This document shows positions 8,711-17,727 of a stretch of DNA of 22,883 nt, piece after piece. The stretch is taken from contig JBDGQO010000040.1 of the NCBI GenBank assembly GCA_042219045.1, forward strand, positions 8,940 to 31,822, given 5' to 3'. The notes under the pieces were generated by a model. The model worked only from the letters and a program-made list of their open reading frames with translations. It did no database searches and was not told the DNA's origin. How positions within the stretch are numbered: position 1 is the stretch's first letter; each line of letters opens with the position of its first letter. This stretch comes from Candidatus Bipolaricaulia bacterium (GTDB lineage: Bacteria; Bipolaricaulota; Bipolaricaulia; RBG-16-55-9). The position numbers and the translations under genes were made by a program.

Positions 8711-9050
8711 GGCAGGAGGGGCTAGCCCTCCGAACGCATCGCCATCGTCGCTTGAGGGGACACCGAGCACCTCAAGGCGTGACTCGGCGACCGTTCCCCA
8801 TGGAAGGACGTCCTTGGGCTCAACGGCGCCGGCCTTTACAGTCGTGGCGATGATCGCTCATGGGAGGGTTTTGAACGCCTAAGACACCGTCGCGTCGGGC
8901 CAGGGTTTTGCCACGTCGTTTTCGCCAACCTCCTGCGGCGTGGATTTTCCCCCAGTCCGATAAGGTGCCGGGCGTGCTACTGGACCCCTTCTGTGGTTGC
9001 TAACCTCATTCCTCGGCAGGCGGGGCGCCCTCCCCGCCTGCCCCTGCCCT
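8711..9050 (+). ncRNA. Candidate structured non-coding RNA, family unassigned
   Basis: Promoter upstream, many nested helices found by hand, a strong terminal hairpin, and no credible CDS. Confidence 0.45.
9015..9042. terminator. Strong GC hairpin, possible terminator or 3' stabilising stem
   Basis: Perfect 11-bp stem GGCAGGCGGGG/CCCCGCCTGCC with a 6-nt loop; pyrimidine-rich tail but no clean U-tract. Confidence 0.5.
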
Positions 9051-9329
9051 TCTCAACACTCCTAAACAGACCTGACCGTTTGCTGCCTTGCGAGCGCCGT
9101 TTGTGAGCTTGCGTGGTTTTCATGTTATGGGCATCGCTATCCGGATGACATGAATCAGCGCTTCAAAACGCGCTTGAGTTGACGAGCCAAGGGTGAAGCG
9201 AGATTCACGCGGCCACGTCAAACGTTGAGAGTCATGGCTCTCGCGGGCGAAAGGGCGAATCTTAGCTCGACCATTCCCACCAAGTGCTATCTGGCCAAGC
9301 GCAACACAACAGCTTCAGTCGCTGACCTC

Positions 9330-10835
9330 TCAGTGCCGAAACTCGCGCCTTCGTGTGAACGCCATGGCGATGCCATGCTCGTCGCATGCCTGGATGACCT
9401 CCTCGTCCCGCTTGGAGCCGCCTGGTTGAATCACGGCCGTAACGCCGCCTTCGGCAGCGAGTTCGACGCCGTCGGGAAAGGGGAAGAACGCGTCGGAGGC
9501 CAGGACGCTGCCCGAGGCGCCTTCGCCTGCTTTCTCAACCGCGATCTGGACCGCGTCCACCCGACTGACCTGGCCACCGCCAATCCCGACGCTTGTGCGG
9601 TCCTTGGCAAGCACAATCGCATTGCTCAGGACGTGTTTGCCGACGCGCCAGGCGAACAGCAGATCGTCAATTTGCGCGCTTGAGGGCTGCAAGTTGGTGA
9701 CCAGCTCAAGCTCACGCGAGCTTATCGACGAGCAACTCGCCTCCTGGGCCGCGATGCCAAACGCCGTCGAGCGCACGAGCCGTCGTTGATCGTCGGCATC
9801 CATGGGCGCTCGCAAGAGCCGCAAGTTTGACTTCCGCGCCAACACCTCGAGGGCATCGTCGGCGAACTCCGGCGCCACGACGACCTCAAAGAATCGCTCG
9901 CGGATTCGCTCAGCCGTTGCGCAGTCGACCGTCCGATTCAGCCCGACGATACCGCCGAACGCCGAGGTTGGGTCGGCCTGATAGGCCCCCTCGAATGCCT
10001 CGCTCAGCGTCTCGCGCGCGGCGGCTCCACAGGGGCTGGTGTGCTTGATGACGACAGCGGTCGGCTCGTCAAATTCGACCACGGCCTTGAGCGCCGCGTC
10101 GGCGTCGAGGACGTTGACGTAGGAGAGCTTTTTGCCCTGGAGCTGTTCCGGCGGTTGCGGGCCGTAGAGGGCGCTCCGCTGGTGCGGGTTCTCTCCGTAG
10201 CGTAGCTTCAGCTGGCGCGGTTCCGCCACGTTCAACGACTCGGGCCATGTCTCGTCAGCGCTGACCCAGTTAGCGATGTGGGCGTTGTATCGCGTGACAT
10301 GATCAAACGCTCGGGCCGCCAATTCTCGAGACGTGGTGACGTTTAGCCCGCCTGTGTCTTCGATCTGCTGACCGACTTCGGCGTAGTCGTCTGGATCCAC
10401 CACAATCCCAGTGGATGGGAAATTCTTGGCGGCAGCTCGGATCAGGGCCTCGCCGCCGATGTCGACCCATTCCATGCCATCCTCATCCGACGTTCGCTCG
10501 TCGACTTGAGCGGCGAATGGATAGAGGTTGACGACGACGAGGTCGATCGGCTCAATGTTGTTCTGGGCCAGTTCCTCCATCTGTTGTGGGTCATCCCGCC
10601 GTGCCAGGATCGCGGCGTGGACGTGCGGATGGAGCGTCTTGACGCGGCCGCCGAGCAGGTTTTCAAACCCGGTGATCTCGGCCAAATCGGTCACGGCGAG
10701 GCCAGCCTCGCGCAACGCGCGCGCGGTGCCCCCAGAAGCGATCAGCTCGACGCCTTGTTCTGACAACCTCTGGGCAAATTCAGCGAGGCCCGTCTTGTCG
10801 GAGACGCTCAGCAGGGCTCGACGCACGTCAACCAT
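9330..10835 (-). CDS. purH: Bifunctional AICAR transformylase/IMP cyclohydrolase
   Basis: [22 protein letters not shown]...[35 protein letters not shown]. Confidence 0.97.
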   Translation of the reverse strand: MVDVRRALLSVSDKTGLAEFAQRLSEQGVELIASGGTARALREAGLAVTDLAEITGFENLLGGRVKTLHPHVHAAILARRDDPQQMEELAQNNIEPIDLVVVNLYPFAAQVDERTSDEDGMEWVDIGGEALIRAAAKNFPSTGIVVDPDDYAEVGQQIEDTGGLNVTTSRELAARAFDHVTRYNAHIANWVSADETWPESLNVAEPRQLKLRYGENPHQRSALYGPQPPEQLQGKKLSYVNVLDADAALKAVVEFDEPTAVVIKHTSPCGAAARETLSEAFEGAYQADPTSAFGGIVGLNRTVDCATAERIRERFFEVVVAPEFADDALEVLARKSNLRLLRAPMDADDQRRLVRSTAFGIAAQEASCSSISSRELELVTNLQPSSAQIDDLLFAWRVGKHVLSNAIVLAKDRTSVGIGGGQVSRVDAVQIAVEKAGEGASGSVLASDAFFPFPDGVELAAEGGVTAVIQPGGSKRDEEVIQACDEHGIAMAFTRRREFRH

Positions 10836-12408
10836 CGAACTCGGCCTCCGAAGGTCCGTAGCCGCCGCCGCCCGGCGTCCGGATGCTGATCACGTGGCCC
10901 GGTTGGAGTTGGCGACTCCCTTTGGCGGGGAACGGCGTCTCATCTCCATTGCAAGACAGCTGATCCTCACCAGCGGCGCCCGGTTCGCCGCCGTTGAGCC
11001 CATACGGCCGTGAACGGCGTCGATCGGCCAAGAGCGAAACCGTCATCGGGACAAGCGCCCGGACGTCGCGCCGCAGGCCGTGGCCGCCGCGATGGCGGCC
11101 GCGCCCGCCGCTGCCGTGGCGGATCTCGTAGCGCTCCACGCGCACGGGGTAGCTTGTTTCCAGGACTTCGATCGGCGTGTTGAGCGTGTTCGTCATGTGC
11201 GAATGCATCCCATCGGCGCCGTCTTGCCGAGCGCCTGCGCCCACGCCGCCTGCGATTGTCTCGTAGAACGTGAACGGCTCGCCGGCGTCGGGATGGACGC
11301 CGCCAAACGTGAAATTGTTCATCGTGCCCTGACAGGCCGCAATGGCCCGTTCCGGCACGACCTCTGCCAGCGCCTTGATGAGAACATCCACGATCCGTTG
11401 CGAGGTCTCCAGATTGCCGCCGACCACGGCCGCGGGCGGCTGGGCGTTCACGAGCGAGCGGGCCGGCGTCCGGATCGCGATGGGGCGATAGCATCCATCG
11501 TTCGGCGGAATCGTCGAGTCGGTCAGACAGCGGAGCGTGTAGTAGACGGCTGAGGCCGTCACCGCGAACGGCGCGTTGAGCGGCCCGTCCGTCTGGGCGG
11601 CCGTGCCGGCGAAGTCAACCGTGAGGTGATCCCCGTCGACCGTTACGCTCGCCCGAAGGGACAGATCCGCATGGCCGTCGTCGTCCAAGACATCGTCGGC
11701 GACGTAGGTCCCATCGGGGAGCTGGTCGATCGCCGCCCGCATGCGGCGCTCCGAGTACGCGTTCAGTTCGCGCATGGCATCGACCATCGTCGGCCAGTCA
11801 AAGCGCTCAACCAACGACGCCAGCCGTTGGCGCGCCGTCTCGTTGGCCGCGTACTGCGCGCGCAGGTCGCCCTCGCGCTCGCGCGGCGTCCGGACGTTGG
11901 CAAGCAACAGCGCCAACGCTTCCTCGTTCGCTTCGCCCTGTGCCCAGAGCTTGATGGGCGGCATCCGGAAGCCCTCTTGATAGATTTCCGTTGCGTCGCC
12001 AGCCACGCTGCCGGGCCGCATGCCGCCGACGTCGGCGTGATGCGCGCGATTGGCCGCAAACGCCTTCAATTCATCGTTCTCATCGAACAATGGGGTCACC
12101 AGCGTGAGATCGGGCAGGTGCGCCCCGCCGTGGAAGGGATCGTTGAGCGCGACGACGTCGCCCGGCTCGACCGAATCAACCGCCTCGATGGCCGCCTGGA
12201 CAGAGAAGGGCATCGCGCCAAGATGCACGGGCATGCTCTCCGACTGGGCCACCATTTGGCCATCTGCGTCGAACAGGGCGGTGGAGCAATCGTGCCGCTC
12301 CCGAATGTTCGGGCTGAGGCCCGTGCGGATCAGCGCCGCAAGCATCTCCTCCGCAATCCCACCCAGCGCGTGCCGCAGAACCTCGAGGGTAATCGGGTCA
12401 ACGCTCAT
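10828..12408 (-). CDS. Hydantoinase B / 5-oxoprolinase family subunit
   Basis: DPITLEV, SPNIRERHDCS, PVHLGAM, NDPFHGGAHLPD, HHADVGG..PGS, NTPIEVLE, TPGGGGYG. Start ATG 12408 overlaps the upstream stop (ATGA). Confidence 0.93.
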   Translation of the reverse strand: MSVDPITLEVLRHALGGIAEEMLAALIRTGLSPNIRERHDCSTALFDADGQMVAQSESMPVHLGAMPFSVQAAIEAVDSVEPGDVVALNDPFHGGAHLPDLTLVTPLFDENDELKAFAANRAHHADVGGMRPGSVAGDATEIYQEGFRMPPIKLWAQGEANEEALALLLANVRTPREREGDLRAQYAANETARQRLASLVERFDWPTMVDAMRELNAYSERRMRAAIDQLPDGTYVADDVLDDDGHADLSLRASVTVDGDHLTVDFAGTAAQTDGPLNAPFAVTASAVYYTLRCLTDSTIPPNDGCYRPIAIRTPARSLVNAQPPAAVVGGNLETSQRIVDVLIKALAEVVPERAIAACQGTMNNFTFGGVHPDAGEPFTFYETIAGGVGAGARQDGADGMHSHMTNTLNTPIEVLETSYPVRVERYEIRHGSGGRGRHRGGHGLRRDVRALVPMTVSLLADRRRSRPYGLNGGEPGAAGEDQLSCNGDETPFPAKGSRQLQPGHVISIRTPGGGGYGPSEAEFDG

Positions 12409-13730
12409 GATCCGAGCGTGTAGAGCGTGCCGTTGTTGTTGCCGATGACGACCTCCAGGTGCCCATCGTCGTTCACGTCGGCCAACGTCGGTGACGAGAA
12501 GAAGATGTTGGCCGCTGGCGGCGTGAACGTCCACAGCTCGTCAAACGTCGATCGATCGGGGTCGGCTCGCAGCGCGTACAGCGTGAAATCGTGTGAGCCG
12601 ACGACGACTTCCATGCGCCCGTCACCGTCGATATCGCCCACCGTTGGCGACGATTCGATGAATTTATCCGCGTCGTGGGTGTATTTGACGTTGCCGCGCC
12701 CGTCAAACGCGAACAGCCGATTGGCGTTGCTGCCGACCACGATCTCGGTTTGGCCGTCGCCGTCGACGTCGCCGATCGCAGGAGAGGAGATGACGCGCTC
12801 GTCTTCCCCAATGGAAAAATCCCAAAGCGGGCGGCCCTCGCCGCCCAGCGCTCGGACGCCCTTGAACCCGCTGTCGCCCACGAAGCCGACGCCGACGACG
12901 ATCTCCACTTGACCGTCTCCGTTGATGTCGCCGATGGCCGGCGAGGAGTCAATCGGATTCGTGGCGCGATGTTGCCAAACGGGTTCGCCGTTGCGCCCCG
13001 ACAGCGCATACAGAATGTTGTCGTAGGACCCGACGACGACCTCCGTGTCGCCGTCGCCATCCAGATCGCTCACCGCAGCCGAGGAGAACGTCGTCGTCGC
13101 CAGCCGGAACTTCCACTTGACGCGCTGGTTGCGCGCGTCCAGCGCAAAAATCTGGCCGGAGCCGATGACGATTTCCAAGTCACCGTCGCCGTCGACGTCG
13201 GCCAGCGTCGGAGAGGCCCGGACTTTGGCATTGGTGGCAAAGCGCCACTTCACGCGCCCACTCGGGCCGTCAATGACGTAGATGCCTTGATCATCCGAGC
13301 CGACGACGACTTCCAGGTTCCCGTCGCCATCGACGTCGCCAATGGCCGGCGAGGACCAGATCAACTTGTCCGTCTGAACCTTCCAGAGCGGCTCTTGGAT
13401 CAGGCCACTCCCCTCTCCCGGAACGGCATAGACGGCCCCGTCGAAGGAGCTGATCACGACCTCGGTACGGCCGTCGCCGTTGACGTCGCCCACCGCGGCC
13501 GACGGCTCGACAGCGCCCCGGGTTCCGAAGCGCCAGGTCTGGGTCGGGCCTTGGACCTGGCCCGTCTGATCCGTAATCCCCGTGTGCTCAGCGTCGCCGC
13601 GGAACATGGGCCAGATCGGCACCGATGGCGACGACTGAGCCCATCCGCGGACGCGTCCGGGTCCGGCTCCAATCAGCGCCATCAGTGACAAGCCGGCCCC
13701 GCGCGCAATGAGTTGGCGTCGCGTCAGCAT
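12405..13730 (-). CDS. Tat-exported FG-GAP/VCBS-like repeat beta-propeller protein
   Basis: Twin-arginine signal MLTRRQLI; SD AAGGAG; eight D(V/I/L)(D/N)(G/D)DG..E(V/I)V repeats; PQQ-propeller-like WPMFRGD..HTG. Confidence 0.85.
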   Translation of the reverse strand: MLTRRQLIARGAGLSLMALIGAGPGRVRGWAQSSPSVPIWPMFRGDAEHTGITDQTGQVQGPTQTWRFGTRGAVEPSAAVGDVNGDGRTEVVISSFDGAVYAVPGEGSGLIQEPLWKVQTDKLIWSSPAIGDVDGDGNLEVVVGSDDQGIYVIDGPSGRVKWRFATNAKVRASPTLADVDGDGDLEIVIGSGQIFALDARNQRVKWKFRLATTTFSSAAVSDLDGDGDTEVVVGSYDNILYALSGRNGEPVWQHRATNPIDSSPAIGDINGDGQVEIVVGVGFVGDSGFKGVRALGGEGRPLWDFSIGEDERVISSPAIGDVDGDGQTEIVVGSNANRLFAFDGRGNVKYTHDADKFIESSPTVGDIDGDGRMEVVVGSHDFTLYALRADPDRSTFDELWTFTPPAANIFFSSPTLADVNDDGHLEVVIGNNNGTLYTLGS

Positions 13731-13792
13731 CTGCTCGTCTCCTTGATCGGTTGTTGGCCCGTATCGTATCGGTCGGTGCCAGTGAATGCGAG

Positions 13793-14104
13793 CTAAGCGC
13801 CGCGGACCTCGTCCAGGACGATCCCTTCGTCAAACCCGCCACGCTCGCGGACCTTCTGGGCGCGCATTTCGTCGAGCTCTGCCCAGCCGATGCCGTTCAA
13901 TTGCCCCAGCGCACGGATCACCTCGAGCAAATCCACCAATTCCTCGATCTCGCCCGACTCGACGAATTCCTCAAACTCCTCGCGGAACTTGTCCAGTAGC
14001 TTGTCGAGGTATTCGCTGTCAGCGGCCCGATGGGTAACCGGCACCTCGCCGACCTCGCGGATGATGCCGGGCACCAGATCGCGCACGAGCTTGCCGTATT
14101 CCAT
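13793..14104 (-). CDS. MazG-like all-alpha NTP pyrophosphohydrolase
   Basis: KLVRD..P.II start, EEFEEF and EELVDLLEV acidic motifs, K..ERGGF end; SD AAGGAGG. Confidence 0.85.
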   Translation of the reverse strand: MEYGKLVRDLVPGIIREVGEVPVTHRAADSEYLDKLLDKFREEFEEFVESGEIEELVDLLEVIRALGQLNGIGWAELDEMRAQKVRERGGFDEGIVLDEVRGA

Positions 14105-14107
14105 ATG

Positions 14108-15331
14108 TCAACCTCCTTCGGCGTGTCGATGGGACGGGTTCGGGATCCCAAGCCCCACGATGGCAGCAAACATGATTGCGGCCAAACTCGCCCCGAGGGT
14201 GAACACGCCGTTCGTGCCCTGCCAGGCGAAGACCGCCCCCGTGGCCAACGGCCCGATCGTCTGTCCCAAGCGCAAGAACATCCCATTGACCGACATGAAC
14301 ATGCCACGCTGGGCCATCGGCGCCAAGTCCGCCAAGATCGTCAAGAGACTCGGAATGTTAATTCCTTGGGCCACGCCGAAGACGAGCGCCGGACCGACCA
14401 ACCATCCGGCGCTGGGCGCGAACGGGATGGCTACCAGTGCCAGGGCATAGAGGCCGAAGGCCGCTCGAATGAGCGTCGGTTCGGACCAGCGTTGGGAGAT
14501 CCGCCCCACCTGGATCGACGTCAGGGCGGTCGACAGCGACGTGGCCGACATCAACAGCCCGATGACCCAGGACGACGTGTCGAACGCCTCACCCATCAAC
14601 ACGGGCACGTAGTTGAGGTACACGCCGAACAGGACGACGAACGTCGCGGTTGTGAGGCCGAACATTCGCAGAGCTTGCGGGTTGGCGACGCTGATCCAGA
14701 CGCTGCGCAAATAATCCCGGATCGGTTCGTCGGCGTCGGGCTCCGGCGCGTCCAACGTGGTGATCACCCAAACCCCGATGGGAAGGGCCAACAACGGAAG
14801 CAGAAAGGGGAAATTCCAGCCGAAGACGGCCAATCCGCCGCCGAGAAGCGGATAGCTTGCCGTGCCGATGCTCAGCACGCTGGCGTTGTAGCCCATGGCG
14901 GTTGCCCTTGAAAGTCCGGCGTAGAGATCGCCGATGATCGTCGTCGCCAGTGAGTTGAGGGACGCGACGCCGAGACCCTGGAGAAAGCGCAACGCCAACA
15001 GAACGTCGAAGTCGCGAGCCAGTGCGCACGCGCCACCGGCCAGGCCGAAGAGCAGGAGCGACGGGATCAGCACGACCTTTCGGCCCCATCGGTCGGCAAG
15101 GAGCCCAAGCAGAGGGCGAAAGACGACGCCGGGCAGGGTAAAGGCCGTGATGAGAAGGCCAATGCGCGCAGTGGGAACGTCGAGGGCCTGTGCGATCTTC
15201 GGAAACGCCGGCGAGATGCTGGAGACGCCCATGACGGCCATGAGCGTGACGCCGAAAATCACCCGTAGGTTGGGATCGCGATAAACGTCCTGTGGAGGGT
15301 CCGATTCGGGGTATCGCTCGTTCGTGGCCAC
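14108..15331 (-). CDS. MFS transporter
   Basis: About 12 hydrophobic segments; motif A GLLADRWGRK; RFLQGLG. Confidence 0.92.
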   Translation of the reverse strand: MATNERYPESDPPQDVYRDPNLRVIFGVTLMAVMGVSSISPAFPKIAQALDVPTARIGLLITAFTLPGVVFRPLLGLLADRWGRKVVLIPSLLLFGLAGGACALARDFDVLLALRFLQGLGVASLNSLATTIIGDLYAGLSRATAMGYNASVLSIGTASYPLLGGGLAVFGWNFPFLLPLLALPIGVWVITTLDAPEPDADEPIRDYLRSVWISVANPQALRMFGLTTATFVVLFGVYLNYVPVLMGEAFDTSSWVIGLLMSATSLSTALTSIQVGRISQRWSEPTLIRAAFGLYALALVAIPFAPSAGWLVGPALVFGVAQGINIPSLLTILADLAPMAQRGMFMSVNGMFLRLGQTIGPLATGAVFAWQGTNGVFTLGASLAAIMFAAIVGLGIPNPSHRHAEGG

Positions 15332-15376
15332 GTCGCATGGTAGCCCATTTTGGTGCTTCGCTCATGGGTTGCGGCG

Positions 15377-15691
15377 TCAGACGTCGAAGTACAGATGACG
15401 GTGCTCGCGACAGCGCGGATTGAACGGCGCGCGACAGCATGGGCAGTACTCGCCGGCGTCGAGATACGCATGGATCGTCAATTCGCTTCGACAGTTCCCG
15501 CAGAGCACAGCCCGGCGATCGAACTCCTCGCGCGGCCAGACCTGGGTCGGGTGATCGACGGCCTCGTCGTGGCAGCGATGGCACGGGTAATAACGCCCGC
15601 AGCACTTGAACTTGACGGCGACGATGTCGAACTCGCTGGCGTAGTGGACGCAGCGAGTGGCCCGATCAATCGGCTGTCCAAAGACGGTCAT
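15377..15691 (-). CDS. CHY-type zinc-finger protein
   Basis: RCVHY, KFKCC..YYPCHRCH, LCGNC, CPCC...FNP.C..H. Confidence 0.88.
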   Translation of the reverse strand: MTVFGQPIDRATRCVHYASEFDIVAVKFKCCGRYYPCHRCHDEAVDHPTQVWPREEFDRRAVLCGNCRSELTIHAYLDAGEYCPCCRAPFNPRCREHRHLYFDV

Positions 15692-17684
15692 GGTGACTGA
15701 GGATCACATTGCCCCACCGATCGACGGTCGCCTCCCAAGTTGGCGGCACGACGATCGTCGATTCGGCGCCTTCGATCAACGTCGGGCCCCCCATCTGCTG
15801 TTCGTGCGCGAGCAGGCTACGCTGGAACACTTGCGTATCGCAGCGGCCGTGGCCCGGAAAGTGGACGTCCCGTCGGTTGGGGGGCTTGTCGACGGAGCGA
15901 TCCGACAACGCCGCAAGCTCGGGTCGATCGCGATGGGCAATGGAGGTCAGCCGGAGCGCCACCCATTCGGTCGGATGATCGCGCATGGCGTAGCCGAAGC
16001 GCTCGCGATGCCATTCGTGGAAGCGCTCCAAAAGCTGAGCCATAATGGCTTCCGTCAACGCATCCACCTTCAGCTCCAACGAATACGCCTGCCCGCGGTA
16101 GCGGAGCTCCACCGACCGGCGATGCTCGACCCGCTCCGCCTGCAGCTCCCGTTCGGCGTCTTGTTGGAGACGGTCAAACTGGCGCTGGACGTCGTGGGGC
16201 TTGACCTGATCGGACGGTTGGACCAACGACTGCACGCGATCCTGACGTTCGTCCGTGGCGAGCATGCCGAGCGCCGAAAGGACGCCGGCGGAGGTCGGGA
16301 CGAGCACGGTTGAGATCCCCAGGCTTTCCGCCAAGGAGGCCGCATGGAGCGGCCCCGCGCCGCCGAAGGCCAACAAGGCGCAATCACGTGGATCGTGGCC
16401 CTGCTCGACCGTGACGACCCGGAGCGCCCGTTCCATGTGGGCATTTGCGATCGCCAAGATCCCCAGTGCCGCCTCCTCAACCGTCATGGCCAACGGACGG
16501 GCGATCGTCGTCTCGATCGCATCGCGGGCGCGGCCCTCATCGAGGGGACGGTCGCCGAGCGGGCGTCCCGGGTCAAAGCGGCCCAGCACGAGATGAGCAT
16601 CCGTAACCGTGGGCTGATCGCCCATGCCGAACGCGGCGGGGCCTGGCGCGGCGCCCGCACTGTCGGGCCCCACGCGCAGCGCGTGGCCGGCATCGATCCA
16701 CGCCAAGCTCCCGCCGCCCGCGCCGACGGTGTGGACGTCGATCATGGGGGCGCGAACCTCATAGCCGCTGACTTGGGTCTCAGTCCGCTTTTGGGGCTGT
16801 CCGTTTTGGATGAGCGACACGTCGCAGCTCGTCCCGCCCATGTCGAGCGTGATGAGGTCGGAAAAACCGGCCAGTTCGGCGACGTACTGCGCGCCGGCCA
16901 CGCCGCCGGCCGGGCCCGATAGCAACAGCCGTTCGGGGTGCCGCGAGGCGACGCGGGACGCAGCAAGCCCGCCGTTCGACTGCATGATCGCCAGGGGGGC
17001 GCGGACGCCCTTGGCGCTCAACTGCGCCGACAGTCGTTCGAGATAATCGCTCACGATGGGGCGAAGCGCCGCGCTCACGACCGTCGTGGAGGTCCGCTCG
17101 TACTCGCGGTGCTCCGGCAACACGTCCGAGGACAGGACGACCGGAATCGCGAGCTCGCGCTCGAGGCGATCGCGGACTCGGCGTTCATGCGCGGGATTGA
17201 GATAGGAAAACAGACAGCAGACGGCAACCGCCTCGACGTTGCGAAGCTTGGGAATGAGGGGGACCAGCTCATCCTCATCCAAAGGCTGGAGCACGTTGCC
17301 GTGGGCGTCGACGCGTTCGGCTATTTCGTAGCGTCGCTCGCGCGGCACCATGGGCTCAGGCCGGCCGAGGCTCCAGTCGTACAGGTCGGGCCGATTCTGC
17401 CGGCCGATCGCGAGCACATCGCGGAAGCCCGCGGTCGTGACGAGCGCCGTCTTCGCCCAACGACCCTCCAGCAGCGCGTTCGTGGCAGTCGTTGTCCCAT
17501 GGACGACGCGGTCGATCGCCTCGCCGTCGAAGCCAATCTTGGTGGCGAGCTGGTCCAATCCTCGGATCACGCCGCGATCCGGGGGCTGTTCGGTGGGGAC
17601 TTTGAGCAGTTTCAGCTCCCCCTCGTCAAGCGCAACCAGGTCGGTGAACGTGCCGCCCACGTCGATCCCGATGAATAACGTCAT
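15666..17684 (-). CDS. Hydantoinase A / 5-oxoprolinase family ATP-binding subunit
   Basis: GIDVGGTFTD, HGTTTATNALL, REYERTSTT, SGPAGGV, DMGGTSCD, GAGGGS, FGGAGPLHA. Confidence 0.94.
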   Translation of the reverse strand: MTLFIGIDVGGTFTDLVALDEGELKLLKVPTEQPPDRGVIRGLDQLATKIGFDGEAIDRVVHGTTTATNALLEGRWAKTALVTTAGFRDVLAIGRQNRPDLYDWSLGRPEPMVPRERRYEIAERVDAHGNVLQPLDEDELVPLIPKLRNVEAVAVCCLFSYLNPAHERRVRDRLERELAIPVVLSSDVLPEHREYERTSTTVVSAALRPIVSDYLERLSAQLSAKGVRAPLAIMQSNGGLAASRVASRHPERLLLSGPAGGVAGAQYVAELAGFSDLITLDMGGTSCDVSLIQNGQPQKRTETQVSGYEVRAPMIDVHTVGAGGGSLAWIDAGHALRVGPDSAGAAPGPAAFGMGDQPTVTDAHLVLGRFDPGRPLGDRPLDEGRARDAIETTIARPLAMTVEEAALGILAIANAHMERALRVVTVEQGHDPRDCALLAFGGAGPLHAASLAESLGISTVLVPTSAGVLSALGMLATDERQDRVQSLVQPSDQVKPHDVQRQFDRLQQDAERELQAERVEHRRSVELRYRGQAYSLELKVDALTEAIMAQLLERFHEWHRERFGYAMRDHPTEWVALRLTSIAHRDRPELAALSDRSVDKPPNRRDVHFPGHGRCDTQVFQRSLLAHEQQMGGPTLIEGAESTIVVPPTWEATVDRWGNVILSHHDRLWTAD

Positions 17685-17727
17685 GGCTCAGGAAGGGTAA
17701 GCGGCGCGCGTTGCCCGCGACAACAGC

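Noticed and set aside
8610..8882. 90-aa ORF in the large gap
   Set aside because: No SD, no recognisable motif, S/P-rich composition, and it spans the predicted promoter.
8674..9080. RNase P, tmRNA, SRP, SAM-I or cobalamin riboswitch identity for the structured region
   Set aside because: Only fragments resemble them (GGAGGGGCTAGCCC, minus-strand ACAGAAGGGG, AGACCTG). Required cores such as GAGGAAAGTCC, a T-loop with CCA, or the SRP GGAA/AGCAG motif are absent or out of order, and there is no downstream + strand gene for a riboswitch to control.
10828..10900. ZMP/ZTP riboswitch upstream of purH
   Set aside because: The purH start overlaps the upstream CDS, leaving no leader.
12430..13500. 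Repeated GTCGCCGTCG-like DNA as a CRISPR or tandem repeat
   Set aside because: Degenerate and in-frame; explained by the protein repeats.
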